Positions 36,850-51,119 of a DNA stretch of 64,000 nt are shown in pieces. The stretch is from NCBI RefSeq assembly GCF_009834535.1, contig NC_045696.1, positions 66,032,001 to 66,096,000 on the forward strand, written 5' to 3'. Source of the stretch: Camelus ferus. Its lineage: Eukaryota. Every line of letters starts with the position of its first letter. Within the stretch, counting starts at the first letter, position 1. A program made the position numbers and the translations under genes. The notes under the pieces are model-generated. The model was not told where the DNA came from and ran no database searches. It saw only the letters and a program-made list of their open reading frames with translations.

Positions 36850-39810
36850 AGTAACCATCTTTTCAATACTTTAGCCTCTCAGTTCTTAATCTCCTCTCTA
36901 CCAGTGGTCTTATCTTCAATCTACCTCACTCCCTCACTGCCACTATATTACCTTTAATGTGATGAAGCCGAATCATTTCAATTTCTCCATAATCTCTGTT
37001 GCAAGCACCCATTCTCTGTCATCTCCTATCCTTCTAGCTCACTTGACCTAGTATTCTTATTCCAGCAATCTTTTGATCTTATCAAGACCTTCAGTCAATT
37101 TATCTCGCCACTTTTCAGTATACCTAAGCTCTCTCATGCCTCACTTTAATCCTTATTTGGCTTAAATTCCACAGTCAAACATAATCAGGCCTTTGCAGGC
37201 GTTACCCATCCCCATTCTAGTCAAATCCAACTCCACCTACTAACCACCTGCACGCATGTAGACAGATGTAGTAGAGAAAAACGCACAGCCATGCTGACCG
37301 ATTTCATGTCAATTTCATGACCGCCATACTCAAGTAGACTCTTACTGATCCCCAGAAATAATACTGCATTGCGCAGGAATATTCACTTGCTTATTTTCCT
37401 AGATGACTGTTTCATATCTGGCCAATTTGTCTCAAATACCTGACACTCAGCACCTCTTCTCTCATTCTCACTGTAGACTGATTATCTTGATTATTGTTTC
37501 ACTTAGAAAGCAAAAGCAGAAAACCAGAGAAGACAGTCCTCACATCGCCAGCACTGTATCTACTTACCTACCAGTGATCTCCTGTTGCTCTGACCTTTGT
37601 ATTATTTAAGGAAGCCCTTCTGTTTGGCCACTACATGCAATTTATACCGGGTTATTCTTCCAACAATTGTCTCCTCTCTCTCCTGAATCTTTATTTTTTT
37701 TTTTCCCTCTCAATTTACCTACCTGTCCATGTGCAGCTAGACATGGGTGATGAAAAACACACAAGCATGCTGACTGGTCTCACACCAGAATCCGAACTAC
37801 CATTCTGAAGTGAAGCTTTATCCTTATTATCTCCATCAGCATGGGACAAACAGTGACAAAGCACTTCTTAATGCTACTTATACCTCAGAAAAATGCACTT
37901 CTCTGTCTCCATTTGAAGCCAGTTTCCTTTAAGAATTATTTTACTTTCTGCATCCAATTCTCTTTCCCTTCTCTTCTGAACCTGTTCAGAGCAGAATTTT
38001 GCTCCCACCACTCCACAAACTCTTCTTGTCAAGCTCTCCAGTACTCTCTGTGTTGCTGAATCTGACAGTCAATTCTCATTCTCATCTCACTTGATCCAGC
38101 CCCGGTGTTTGACCCACTGATTGTTTTCTTCATTGTGAAGCACTGTCTTTGCTTGACTTCCAGAGATCTACATCCTCCATTATTTTTTTCTTTACAGACT
38201 TCTAGTTGGTTCTTTATCATCATTTTGATGTTGCATCACTGGGGTGCCTCAGGGGTACCCCTTGGATCTTTTCTTTTCCCAGTACAATCACTTTTTTCTA
38301 ATACATTCATATTGAAATTATACGATTTAAATATGGGTATACCCTGTCCAGTCCTTTCTCTTGAATGGCAATTTCCCAGCACTAAGCTGGCTCCGAAACC
38401 TTATCACTTTGAAGTCTAAAGCATCTTTAAATTAAAAGATAAAACTGAATCTCTAATCTTCCCTGTCCTTCAAAACTGCCACTCCAGTTTTTCCAGTTGC
38501 ATGAGCCAAAACTAAGAATTTAACTCCATTCATACTTTAATATCCCTCTTTTAATATGTCAGAAAATTCTGTCAGCTTAACTTTCAAATGCATAGTTTGC
38601 AACCACTTCTCATTGCTCCCTCACTAACATGCTGATCCAGAGTCCCATTATCTATAATTTAGTGTATTGCAGTAGCTTCTCACCTCCATTCTTGCTCTCC
38701 TATAGTTTATTCTTCACAAAGCCGAGTGTTCTGATAAGATATTAAGTGTATCATGTCACTTCCATGTTCAGAACCCTCCATGAGATCCCCAATCTGAATA
38801 TCTTTGTGTGCTCCCTAGACTCCTTCTGTCCTTCCCTACCCAGGTTTATGCTCAAAGGAGCCAAACTTGTTAGATTTCATCTACAAGATTCCTTGATCTC
38901 TAGATTCTGGTTGGATTCACCAATGAGAGGAACTAGCCAAAATTGGTGGGCAGGAGAGTGAGGTCAAGGTCTTCACCTACTCCTGTATGGTCAGTGTGTT
39001 GGCTGGTTCCCTCCACTGAAAGCCACAGCTGCTGTGCGGCTGCCCACCCTGTACAGAGACCCCTGGTGTCTTAGACTCACTCTTTCTTTGCCAGTTGAGG
39101 TCCAGGGTGGTAATGCTGCACATTGTTACTAGTGCTGGGTGCTATACTATCTTGTATTAAGTTTCCTAAACCTTGTGCACACATTTTAAAATTAAAAATT
39201 TATTAAACTGTTCTTAAGTTTCTCAGTTTATGGATGCCATCTGTTTCCTGCTGGATAAAACTTTTGCTGCTCCACTCCAGCAGAAAAGAGCAAACTGGAA
39301 GGATCTTACAATGGTCTACAAGGACACAGACTATTGTCATCTTGCTCTAGTGCCTCTGACTTCATTTCCTATTCTCCTGCATGCTCCTTGTACTCCGTAC
39401 TCCAACCAAACACTCTTTGCTCTTTTTTTTTTTTTTTGACATATTATGAACTTTAAACTTGCTGTTAAATCTGTTCAGTCCTCTTCCGCCACCTCATTTA
39501 TGTTTTCACTCAAAAGCTGCCTTCCCCTTGAGACTTTCTATGAATACTGTTTAAAACTGAAAGTCCTCTCGCAACACTCCTTATCTCATGTCTCTGCTTT
39601 ATCAACAAATCTGTAGAATTTATAACCGTATAACATACTCTATATTTTACTTATTTATTTTATTTCCTGTTTTCTGCCACCAGAATGTAAGCATAAGGAG
39701 AGAAAGAAATTTGATCTGTTTTGTTCACTGATGTGTTTTGAGGTTTTACAAAAGTGTTAGGTACAAAGTAGATGCTCAATTAATGTTGTTGAATGAGTGA
39801 ATGAGTGAAA
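36850..39810 (+). mobile_element. Long L2 LINE remnant, interrupted by an LTR
   Basis: Pyrimidine-rich L2 body (ccaccactccac...ctcttcttgtcaag; ctcatctcacttga...tttgaccc). The 3' tail reads agaatgtaagc...tctgttttgttcactgatgt...gatgctcaattaatgttgttgaatgagtgaatga. Confidence 0.75.
38790..39260 (+). mobile_element. ERVL solo LTR (LTR33-like)
   Basis: 3' motif ttattaaactg...cagttt...tgccatctgtttcctgctgga and internal gagagtgaggtcaaggt. Confidence 0.65.
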
Positions 39811-42800
39811 AAAACAGGAAAATGCAATGAGAGATTTAATAGGAAAGAAAATGTTTTCTGTCGATGGTGTCTGGAAAAATGGTATTTGAACTGCACCTTG
39901 AGAGTGGACGTGTGAGATGTGTAGAGGGGTTTTCCAGGCAGTGACAATCTGAACAAAGTCACACTTATGGAAAAATATTTAAGAAATAGTAAGTCTCTCC
40001 CTGCATTGTAGTGTTGACTGCATATACAGAAGCAGAAAGTAAGTAAGTTGCTGAAGATTGGCTCAGGCTAGAGAACAGAGTATCCCAAGTGCAGGGTGAG
40101 GCGAAACAAATCAAACTTTATTTTTTGGGAAGTGAGGTGCAAATTCTCTGAGACTTGAAGTGTCATGGTCGACGTCGTGTCCTAGAAGGACTGATTTGGT
40201 GATGATGTACACAAGAGTTTAGAGAAGGGAGACTAGAGTCATTGAGAGAAACCAGAAGACTGTTACAAGATTCAGGAAGAGTCCTGAACCACGGCAGTGG
40301 TGATGACCATGGAGAGAGTGCTGCAAGATGTACTGTCTTGTAAGAGTCTATTGACCCCTAGAGTAAAAAACATAGATATACATATTATGCAGGGAATTTG
40401 GAAGAACTGATCTCTCAATTACCAACTAACCCTGAATTAACACAGTACTTTATTCATTTCTCCAGTATCATCTAGATTTGAAAACAATAAACAGATTTAA
40501 TGTTTTTCTGCTTGAATTCATTAGCCAGAAATTCTCTACAGTACACTGTAGGTAGAGATTGTTTAGCACATCTTAGTGTCGTGTCAATTTGAGCCTATTT
40601 AATAGCAAGATCACAAATAGAACATCTGCCAACGAGCATGATGCTGACTCCAGCATCAGCTGTTATAGCAGATAGTGTGGAGCAAAGACAGAAGTCCTCA
40701 GTGTGAGGGTGGCAACCAGGACAGGCATGGCACAGCTGGGGCTCTTCCACCCCTACTTGGTCATGGATCATCTGTCCTCAAGAAATGCCAAGGGCAAACT
40801 CCAGTGGTGCTGGATGTGGTGTTGGGAGCCCCAGAATTCCAATATTGAAATTCACTTTACACAGTAATGAACAGAGTCCTAAAATGGTACCTTTTGTAGA
40901 ACACTGCACCTATAATGGAGTAGAGATGGAAGAAAGATAGAGGCACTCTATGACTCTGTTCCCAGTGATAGTGGCCATAATTAATTAATTTATTTAACAA
41001 AACATTGGTGGAAAAATATTATGTGCTCATCTTCATGCTAAGTGCTTAGAAATTCAGTATATATTATCTGTCCATTGATACTTACAGGATAGTAGGTGAA
41101 AAAGAAATAAAGAAATTTAGAATTCAATAACAGAAATCTTATGAACAATACAAATGCAGAGAAAGGAGTATCCAACTATACCTGGAAAATTTCATAGGTT
41201 TGAAAATATTTGAGATGAACTTGAGGCATTGTCAGAGCTTTTACACAGAGGGGGGAAGAGTGGGCATTCCAAGAAGTAACATTAGCGAAGGCACATAGAG
41301 CATAAAAGTGCATGGCGTGTTTAGAAAATAGAGTGCTTAGTGCGTATTTGGCTCAAATTCTCACAATTCCTGGGGAGAAGAGAAGAGTTTTGAAAGACTC
41401 TTGGAAAACAGGTGCACAAGAGTTGATGAGCAATTGACTTAGGATAAGAGAGGAGGAAAGATCTCTGAGATCCTGGTTTCATTTTGTGCAACTCAGATCC
41501 CATTTACGTCCTTATAAAGAACAAATTCTTTAGACAGTTGACTTTGGATTACCCGGAAGGAATCATGAATTGTACCTTGAGACACAGAGTGCTTCTTTAT
41601 TATTACATCAACTCCTAGAATATCAGAGATGGAAAGGTACACAGTGATCCTTGAATTGTATCGATGTAGGAACTACGGCACAGTTAGTGCTTTGCTCAGG
41701 GTCTAATAGTAGAAGAATTATAGTTTGAATTAGAACTCAGAGCTCCTAACTCCAGGGATGTTGCTGTTTATACAATATATGATTTCAAAAGCAAGCCTCC
41801 CTTTATATTTTGGCATGGTGAAATATGTGGACATACATCACAATAAAGACATGGCTTGGCATTTGTTTGGATAAAAGATAAAGGCATAAAACTGCTCAGA
41901 AGACAGAAGGTAACATTTTTCAATCTAATTTATAAAGTAGTGACCTTAGAATTTGAGATTAAAATTGGTTTGAAAAAATTGGAGGCATCAGAGTTGAACT
42001 ATGAACAGGCTCCATGTAAACTTAATGTTATCTTCTCACAGCTACTGGCACCAGACAGTGACAGAAAACACTAAGGGAGGAGAAAAGAAGTTAGCTGTTG
42101 AGCTTTACAAGTGAGAAATGCATGTTAAAGGAACTAGGTCTAAGCAGACAGAAGCGCTGCTTGAGTCCTAGAGAAGAAGGATTGCACGTTTTAAATATGC
42201 TTCCAACCATCCCTGGACCCTGGCTGCGGGTGTGTGTGGATGTGGAAGGGGGGGTGGCTATTTAAGCATTACTCATTGAACCAAAGAAGCATAACATTGT
42301 AACACCCTACAGAATTTCTAGTCCAACGCCATCCATTTTGGGGACTCAGAAGTCTGAGATACAGGGGAGAAATGATTATTAATAAATAACCATTTCAGTT
42401 CAGAGCTAAGACAAAAATCGGGGTTACTTCAGAGAAAGCAATTACCTGCCTCCTCGTGCAGCAGCTGCTTTTTGGAATAAAGTCACTTCCAATCTCTTTA
42501 GAGGCAAGCCCAGAATAAAAGTTCTATTTCAGTCCTCAACCCCAGACCAAGAATATGGCTAACCAGCTCCATTTATCTCATCCATCTGCAGCTTTCAGAG
42601 ACTGCCTCCCTCTTTGTCGAGTAGAACAGAAAAGGGGAGGGGAGGAAAAGGAAGGGAGAAAGAAGAGATAGAGAGACAGAGACAGAGGTACCAGGACTGC
42701 AGATAATGTAATTCTTCCCCATTCTATAATCTTTTACCAGATGGAAGAAATGTTCCGGCCAGAACAAGATAATCAGCTTTCATTTGAAGTTGTGGCACCA

Positions 42801-42909
42801 CTGCAGCTAGTTGGCCTATCAGATTAGGGATGAAGTTAGGACGGCTAAGGACCAGTCACTTTCCTTTTTTGGACTTCAGTTTATTCAAATGAAAAACAAA
42901 TGGTTTCCT

Positions 42910-43415
42910 GTGTTATAGCACTGGCTTCAAAATATGTTCACAAATTCTTTGATAGTCCTCCCTTCAGGAGCTGAATTCCCCTCCTCTTGAGTTTGGGCTG
43001 GACTTAGGGACTCATTTCTAACCAATACACAATTACAGAAGTCATGATGTATCATTTTGGAGACTGGGTCGTAGATGGCACTGAGGCACTGAAGCTTTGT
43101 CTCTCTCTCTGAACAAGATCTCTTGCTCTGGTGTAAGCCAACTAATGTGTCATGAAGATACTCAAAGAACCCTGCGAGGAGGTCCATATGGTTTCCTACT
43201 GACACCCATGTGCTTGCACCTAGCCCCACCCTAGGCTTCAAATGACTTAGCTCTGGCCAACACTTTGCCAGTAATTTTATGAGTAACTCTGAGTGAGAAC
43301 CAGCCAGATAATCTTCTCCGAAATCCTTGACCCACGGAAAATGTGAGGCACCCAATATTTGTTGTTCTAAGCTGCTATGGGGTAATTTGTTGTATGGCAA
43401 TACAGAACAAATAGA
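42910..43415 (+). mobile_element. MaLR solo LTR (MLT1F-like)
   Basis: ttcacaaattctttgatagtcctcccttc...cttgagtttgggctggacttagggactcatttctaaccaata, ending tgttgttctaagctgcta.ggggtaatttgttgtatggcaata. Confidence 0.85.
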
Positions 43416-43619
43416 GTTATTTTTCTACTTCTTAATTTTTCAGAGACTATGATTTTTTTGTGGCATTCAGCATCGAGTCATATGAAATTGTATTGTCTGT
43501 TCTTTAATGTTTAGGTGTGAAAGATTACAGTTAGACCGTGTACTGTGGGAAGTACCCCAGGATTCAGCAGGTCAAGGAGCTTCTTTTGGACCTCTTCTTT
43601 TCCCTCAGCTTTCTTTTAC

Positions 43620-43860
43620 GATATCATCAATCATCATCCTCTCACTACCAAGCATGTAGTTTACTGATTTTGTAGGCTCACATTTATCATATAATTTTAC
43701 CCTTACAACAATCCAATGAGGTAGGTACTACATTATCCCCATTTTTATATAAGGACTTTGAGAACAAAGGGGTCTGATTGAAAGTCACACAGTTTATAGA
43801 AGAATTTTTACTCCAATTAGGGTCTTCTGACTCCAACTGAATATTTTCCCCACTATATCA
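43620..43860 (-). mobile_element. MIR SINE
   Basis: ccttacaacaatccaatgaggtaggtacta.attatccccatttt...aaagtcacacag. Confidence 0.75.
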
Positions 43861-45639
43861 AGAGCCCATGTAACAGAAGTGACCATGCAGCTTTATTCTC
43901 CAGTCCCTGACGTCCATTCCACATTTCAGCCATCCAGTCTGATATTTGGGAATTTTTACATATCACACTTCCCTTTTACATTACTGAAGTCTGTGAGTAA
44001 GTAAAAGGGTTTACTTTTTCTCCCTTTTTTCTTCTGGTATTTCTTAAAAGTCATCTAATTGTTTCGCTCATAGCCAGGTTGTTATGCCTTAAACACTGTC
44101 CTGTTCTGGATGACCGATCACATGGATGTAGTAAGTGTCAGCGTTCTGGCCTTCTTCGGCTGTTCAGTAGAGTAACCACATTGGTGATATCTATAATTTT
44201 ATTATCTCCATTTGACTTTTCTCATATTTTATGTAAATCCTAATAGGATATGAAAGTAAAAGACTCAAATTCCATATTTAGCAATGAGTTTTAAGTTTTG
44301 CACTTTAAAGAAAAATATTGTCTGGAATATTAATATTTTTTAACTTCTTTCCTCCAAATTTTTATCACTATTGGTTTCTCATTGAAACATTTATAAATAT
44401 TAGAAGGATAACTTGAAGCAGTTGCCCTTTACAAGATTTGCACCTAAATCATTTTGGGAGATTTAGCAGTCTGGAGTAAGTCCAGTTTGTAAAAAGATGA
44501 TGTCCAATTCTGATTAAGAACTACTTGCCCAAGGTGTGTTTCAGAACGTGATACTAAATAGCAAGTTAATTTCAAGCATATGACACAGTTTTTGACAATA
44601 GAAAAGTAGTAAATGGTTATGCATGCCTATGTGTCTTAAATGAAAAATATGTACATACATATCAGATTGTATCTTATTTGAAGTTTTTTTTTTTTCAGTA
44701 TAGCATTATAGTATTAACAGTTCCATCACCTAGAGTAGGACAAAAATAGCTCATGATCTGAACTCAGAGTTTATTTGGAATCTTTATGCTTTCTTCCCAT
44801 GAACCCATTTCAGAGAGCATTCTTTCTATTTAAATATTTTAAGTGCTTTGAATTATCTAAAAAAAAACTTTGAAAATTATTCTCTGAAGACTTTGGAGTG
44901 GATCAATAATCTCCTCACTGCACTAGGACATAAAACCTCTTCTTTGTTCAACATTATAACTTATTAACATAGATCAAAACTCCTTAAGCCCCAATCTTCA
45001 CCACCCCGGAGAGGGCTTTTCTTCCTGATCAAATGATAGTTCACACTAGAAGATTCACATAAAAATACAAATTTTATTACAGAGAATCCAAATCGTAGAG
45101 CAGATGTATAGAGAGCTGCAGACTTCATAACAGCCCCACCAGCAACTGGTTTTCTTTCATCTGAGCTTTAGTATGTTCAGTTTGAATTCCCTATTTAGCT
45201 TTCCAGATAAATGGATTAAGTGATACTTTCTAATGACCATGTTACACGCTCTGCTGTGTTCTAAATATCTTCAGTTCTTCTGAGGCTCCCTGAATATTCA
45301 AAAATGAAATGGCTCATTGGCAGATAGTTTGAGCATCAAATTCTTAGAGAACAGATTGAAGCCACTGAATGGAAATTAACCAAATTTTAAGAATGCTTCT
45401 TCTTAACCAGAAGCCACAATTACTATGCATTCCTTCAGTGATTTTTTTCCTTTGGGGAATGTTTAAATACAAGGTCTATATTTTTCTGTACACTTTTTTT
45501 TTCACAAGTATCTGACTCAATACTTTGGCAACCTGAGGTGGGGTGTTGGCAGCAAAGTCCTTCTATTCCTTCATTATCAAAGTATGTGACGAATCTCAAT
45601 TTGAACGTCTCTTGCCTTTTCAGGCAATCTCAGTATCTC

Positions 45640-45975
45640 ATCCTCAGACACAGACAATGCTATGTGTTCACCAATTTCTTTTTCATTCTTCTTTCCCGGA
45701 ACACAGGAAGACAGCATTTTCCAGCCTTCTTATGACTAGATCAGTACTTGTAGCTAGTTCTGACCAATAAACTGTGAGAGTAATAAGTGTCATAGTTAGC
45801 CTCAAGTATAGAACAGGAGGAAGTCACACACATCAGATGGCAATGCTGCAAAAAGTTAAGTGCCTATTCTGGACATGAAGCATATACAAGAAATAAGTCT
45901 TGTTACATGAATCTATTGAAATATTGAGGTTATTTGTTAGTACAACATAGTTTATGTAATTCTGATTAATACATA
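45640..45975 (+). mobile_element. Old MaLR LTR (MLT1H/I/J-like)
   Basis: catttttccagccttctt...gttctgaccaat, ending ttgaggttatttgttagtacaacatag...tctgattaataca. Confidence 0.65.
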
Positions 45976-46229
45976 TGATAGACTATAGCAACTGTACCAG
46001 ATTCCAAGTGTCAGTGTTTGATGTTTCATATTATTAAAAAGACATTCCACTAACTGTTCATCTATTCAACTGTCCCCCTGTGCTGAGGCAACTCCAAGGG
46101 TTAAACTTGCCCTACAGTTTCACCTGTTGCCTGTAAACACCTTGTTAAAAGGATGAGTTGTAGTCCTCTTTGGCTGGAGAAAATCAGAGCCTACAAGGGT
46201 AAAAGAGGAGTTAGAAAGAGATAAAAATT

Positions 46230-46650
46230 AATGGTTCTTAAACTTCTCGTACATCCGAATCACCTGGGAGATTTATTCCAAGTGCAAATCTGCGCCACTC
46301 AGGAGATCCTCATTTAGTTAATATTGCATGGGCTCAAAATATGCATGTTAATATGAAAGCAAAATGGTTCTGATGTGGATCATCAAGGAATACACTTTCA
46401 GAAGACTCTGATAAAGGCGCTTTCCTCTTACACTCTGAATAGTATAAAAAATATAAAAAGGATTTGAAAGAATTCTCATAGGTAGTTGTTTGACCCATGG
46501 AATACCTTATCTGAATTATCAAGGACACGATGTTAAAAGGCAGACTCCTGGACAATGTCCAGTACCTAATAAGTCAGTCTCTCTCGGGGAGGGGCTTCGC
46601 CTGAGATCCTCACTTGTAAGATGCACCCCAAACAATTTTTAGACACACAA
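46230..46650. mobile_element. Two MER5-like hAT-Charlie fragments (about 46230-46400 and 46500-46650)
   Basis: atggttcttaaactt...catccgaatcacctgggagattt, and tgttaaaaggcagactcctgg...agtcagtctctct...aaagtttgaaatcattg. Confidence 0.6.
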
Positions 46651-47459
46651 AAGTTTGAAATCATTGCCATAGGGCTTCTGTCCTTCTGCACACATCTTTA
46701 AGATTAGTTCAATTTATTATTCATGACTTTTTCACAAACATTTGTTCAGGAACATTAGTTTTACCAACCACCTCAATTCTTCACACTGCAAGGGAATATA
46801 CTATTATAGGATGTTGACTAGTTATAACAGGAAGTTATTGGAACCCGAAGTGTAAATCATAGCTCTTGAAAGATTAAATTTGACTTTCAGGATAAAGGGT
46901 GAACATATTTTTATTTTCCATTAAGAAAAAGGAAAATTATTTATTTTGGGAGAAAAGTTATTATGTGATCATAGAGTCTAGAAGACAAAAAATGATTCTA
47001 TTTTTTAAATGCTTTAACAAGTGTAAGATTTTAACTGAAATTATATAAAAACATAATATGACAAGGTCATATGACACATCAGACACTTGATATGACATTT
47101 AATTAGCTGTGTGTGGGTTACATTAACTGCCTTTTTGATATGAATGTATAATGGTTCAAATTAAATAGTTCCGAGTAGGTGGCTTTGTAATAGAAATACT
47201 TCCACTTGCATCTTACAAGAGCAATTCCAGAATTGGCACTAGATCAGGTGTCAGAAGCCTAGTGTAGAGGCCCAACCCTATTGCTAATTGGTTGGGTGTC
47301 ATTAGGAAACTCAATCTGGATAATATGTTCCTGTTTTGTACTGCTTTTATGCTAAAAGAAAAATGATGTAACGAAATCAGACTGTAAGCCACAAATCTTT
47401 ATGCAAATAAAAGTTTATGCAATCACAAGAGTGATTTCACTATGGGTATAAAACTGACC

Positions 47460-47680
47460 AACAATTATTGAGCACTTACAATGTGCCAGGCACTGTGCTA
47501 TGAACTTCCATGCATTATATCATTTAGTGCTCACAAAGTGTGATGAGGTTAATAGTATTATCTCCATTTTAGCTAACAGGAGATCAAGACCCAGAAAGCC
47601 CACAGTCAAACAGACAGAAGAGAAGCAGAACTCAAGTTCGTCTCTACTTGACTTGAAACTTACTCCTAAATAGGCAATAT
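47460..47680 (-). mobile_element. MIR SINE
   Basis: attattgagcacttacaatgtgccaggcactgtgcta...cattatatcatttagtgctcacaa...tattatctccatttta. Confidence 0.85.
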
Positions 47681-49742
47681 TCCTGTGAATGATGTCCATT
47701 TAACCTACAATCATTATCATTTCAGTTATAAATATGCATGGCCCATGAGGAAATTTTCTTATTGTCAGCCTCAACGAAATGTATAGCACTGAATGCTACA
47801 TTCAACTGTAGCATGTTGGGTCAGGGAATAATAACATAAGCTCCTTGCTTTTCTCCACACGGTACAAGAATGGTCTAATACCTTTCGGACCCTTATATAG
47901 CTAATGCCAAAAAATATGACTTTATACCGCTTACACTGTACTTATGTTGTCAATGTAAATTGATACTTACCAAAATTCAGCTTTTGAGAGCTCCACAATT
48001 ATCTAGCTACACATTCATAACAAGAGCTCATGTTTAATTTTCCATGCCTCTGCCACTGGTCTTTTCATTTATTTCCTTCACTAAGAAAATAATTTATAAA
48101 TGACAAAAGTAATTTCTCAATTTTTCCAAAGACATTTTATGGTTTGGGACACTGTGCTAATAAGGAATAAGACTGATTATGGGGAACAGCTTTCTCTCCC
48201 TTCTTGGGATTTGTGGCAACATACATTAACGACTATTTAACAGTTTTAGAGAGGAAACCCTACTATCTGTCTTCCAGGGGAGATCCTTGAACATACACCA
48301 GGAATGGATTAATCTCTTCAGGAAGGAACGCTGTGTAGAACATGAGTTGTGCTCGGTCATTTTCTGGTGGATATTCAGGTAGGGTAGCCTGCCATTTCTT
48401 AATTACAAGTTTCCTAATTGGTCACATTTACTCTAGATGGCTTAATTCTCCTGTCTTATTTTGACAGGAAAAGAATCTAATTGTAATCTAATCTAACCTG
48501 CATTTTTCTCCAAGAGGAGGAGTGGAATGAAAATTCTGGCTTCTCTCTCCACCCTTCATTCACTTTTACTGACTGAAAAAGGATGGCATTCATTGGGCCA
48601 TTACTCAGTAGCACCAGGGCTCATGTATTGAAGAGAGTGCTCATGTCTTGTAGGAAATTTTGCTCTTTTTACTCTGCTACTGTTCAGGAGTAGCAGATTG
48701 TACTTCTGATTTTCTCACGCTAAACTCACCAGGCAAAGACCTTTTACAGAGTAGATGTAAGACACACTATTTTCCAGCTTTTTCCCCTTAATGGAGTTTT
48801 GGGTCAGATCAGCCCCATTCTGAGGGTCCAGATGTCTTCAATTTGGGAAGATAATAAATATCTTCCGTTATTTCCTTAGGACCAGTCTGTGTTTTCAAGT
48901 CTCAATATTACCAGGGTTATTTGGATTCCCATTTGGACATGGGTTCTTCGAGTAAATACTTTAGTTCTGAAATTACAAATATGTGTTTGTGTGTTTTGGG
49001 GGGTTCTTTTCTTCTTTTTTTTTTCAATGTTTAAGTCATCCCATAATTGACAAATTACATAACGTTCTGGATTTTTAGATTCTTTTAAAACACAGGACAA
49101 TCTTTCAACACTGGAGCTATTCAGTGACAGCAATCAAGATGGAGCTGAGTAGAGGATGCTGCCTTTTAAAGTAATACATGTTTTTTAATTACCTGCAGGC
49201 TCAACCATCTCTATGCTCTTCTTGACTTGGAAATCAAATGTCACGTTCCTTTTATGATTGTGTTAAAATGCTTAGAGTAAAGAAATACTTATCTGTACCT
49301 ATGCTCCTGTACACGTGGGTAATAGATGGAGAGCATGTATATTATGATTATATTTGGCCCTGTTTTCTCCTATTTATTACTTTTTGATCCTTGTAAGCAC
49401 TTGAATTAACTATCCATTCTCAGAACCCTGAATGAAAGAAGGGGTTGATGGACCAAACTCTACCCTAAACTCCTAACCGTACTGAATTTTTCAGCTGTCA
49501 TTTCTAAAAATTTCATAATAAAATTTTTGTGTAAACTGCCATTTCATTTGAAGCATTTTCTCAATCTCTTTTGGTCCTTTCCTAGATCACTCCTAATACA
49601 CATTAGAATGAAACTAAAAAGACATTTCATCTTTCCTAGTACCTAAACCAAACCTCAATTTCGTGAAAGGTCATAAAATGTAGAAGGGAGAGAGAGAAGT
49701 AAAAATTTTTTTAGTGCAAATGAAATCACATAAAAATATAAC

Positions 49743-49748
49743 TTTATT
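49743..49748 (-). terminator. Candidate poly(A) signal of the AcPb isoform
   Basis: Minus-strand AATAAA ~560 nt after the AcPb stop, followed by U-rich sequence (GTTATATTTTTATGTGATTTCATTTG). Confidence 0.5.
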
Positions 49749-50308
49749 GATGCTAACAACTTTAGGCAGTTTAGAGAACACTAGCTTACAGTGAGACAGA
49801 GAACGCTATGTGGCCCTGTGTGGGTGTATTTGGTTCTTCCTGGGAAAACGTGCTGCAGGCTTCCTGTTGCACTTAGTTCTGCGGCTTCCACCGGAACCAA
49901 CTCCATGATGCTCCCTTGGGACACACATTCCCTGTAAATGGCGTAGACCAAGTACACCTGACTGGTTCATAACATGAGGTTGGTCAACAAACTCAAAGGA
50001 AACACACTGGAATTCTTTGCTCAGTTTAAACCCATTGGGCGAGAGAGAGGATCAGACTTTAGGCAACTTGCACATCCTGACCTTCTAGGGCCCAAGAAGA
50101 GTGTGCTCTTCCTGAGGCCATTAGAGGCAATAAATAGGGATTCAGGTCCTTTGGGTCTTTTTTCTCCTAGAAATAAACAGTTTTTAAAAATCAATAAAGG
50201 GGGCACAATCTGATAGTCCATTAGATGATAAAAATGTCAGTTATTCCCATAGGTTCATGACACAAAATGGGCTGGTTGAGATAGTAGCCACCACCCACCA
50301 CACCGTAA

Positions 50309-51027
50309 TTATAGGATATAGAAGTCATTGTTATTGGATAAATCCGTGAAATGGTGGAGAGCAAGGGCTGAGATCTGGGGAGCAGGGGGTTCCAATCTGG
50401 TGCCATTTTGTATCCATTGAGTTTCTGGCTCTTGGGGAACAGGCTTACAGAGGTGTGTCTCCCACTGGGGCTGGGTGTGACTCTCTGCCCGGCTCTTGCT
50501 CCTAAGGTGACTCTCTCCTTCACAGTAGGTGACACAGCAGCGACAGGCTGCAGAAGGCTTCCCTTTGTGCCTGGACATTGTGTCCGGGGCTGGAGAGGCA
50601 GCTGCGGCCCTTCCTGAGCCCTGGAGTTCTGGGGGCTCTTTCAAACGGCTTCTCCTTCTTTGAACATGGTCCATACTGATGTCAGACTGGGAAGAGCAGC
50701 TCTCATTCCAGCCAGAGCTGGCACTCAGACTTCTCAGGGGAAGAGCCAACCGCAAGGCCTTCCAGAATTTAGAGCCAGAGTGTTTGGATTTTTCTCCTTT
50801 CCAGCTCACAAAAGAAACAGACTCCTTCAGCTGCAGGATGCCTGGGTGCGGATGCTCAAGGGGTCGGTACTCAACCACAATGAGCTTGGTGGCGATGGAG
50901 TTCTGGCACATGACACCCAGTTTGAACTCCAGCATGCTGATGCTCTTTTCTGTCACATAGTCTGGGCTCAGAACAACAATCATCCTCCGGCTCCTCTGAA
51001 TGAAGTCAAAAACTGCTTCCACTGTAT
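50309..51027 (-). CDS. IL1RAP: IL1RAP alternative last exon (exon 12b) of the long isoform AcPb/mIL-1RAcP687 (719 nt to TAA)
   Basis: Acceptor tctttccattttcctgtag|AT in phase 1 gives N-TVEAVFDFIQRSRRMIVVLSPDYV...KFWKALRLALP...SNNNDFYIL*. Locally GC-rich, uninterrupted ORF that matches the recalled human AcPb tail. Confidence 0.96.
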
Positions 51028-51119
51028 CTACAGGAAAATGGAAAGATAGGACAATGCCTAGTGAAAACTTATATTATAAGCTTCAGTTCACCATTGTCCA
51101 TCCTACAAAGGACAGGCAA

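Noticed and set aside
37240..37810. Two similar ~80-bp segments (about 37240-37330 and 37715-37800)
   Set aside because: Highly diverged; most simply the same L2 region from two fragments, not a functional repeat.
42927..43400. 157-aa minus-strand ORF
   Set aside because: Lies wholly within an MLT1-type LTR on its antisense strand, with no recognisable domain.
50221..50535. 104-aa alternative-frame ORF across the AcPb stop codon
   Set aside because: No acceptor or start context supports it, and the peptide is unrecognisable.
50408..51049. Plus-strand ORFs overlapping the AcPb exon, and likewise 57921-58145 and 60677-60889
   Set aside because: Antisense shadows of real coding exons with no independent support.
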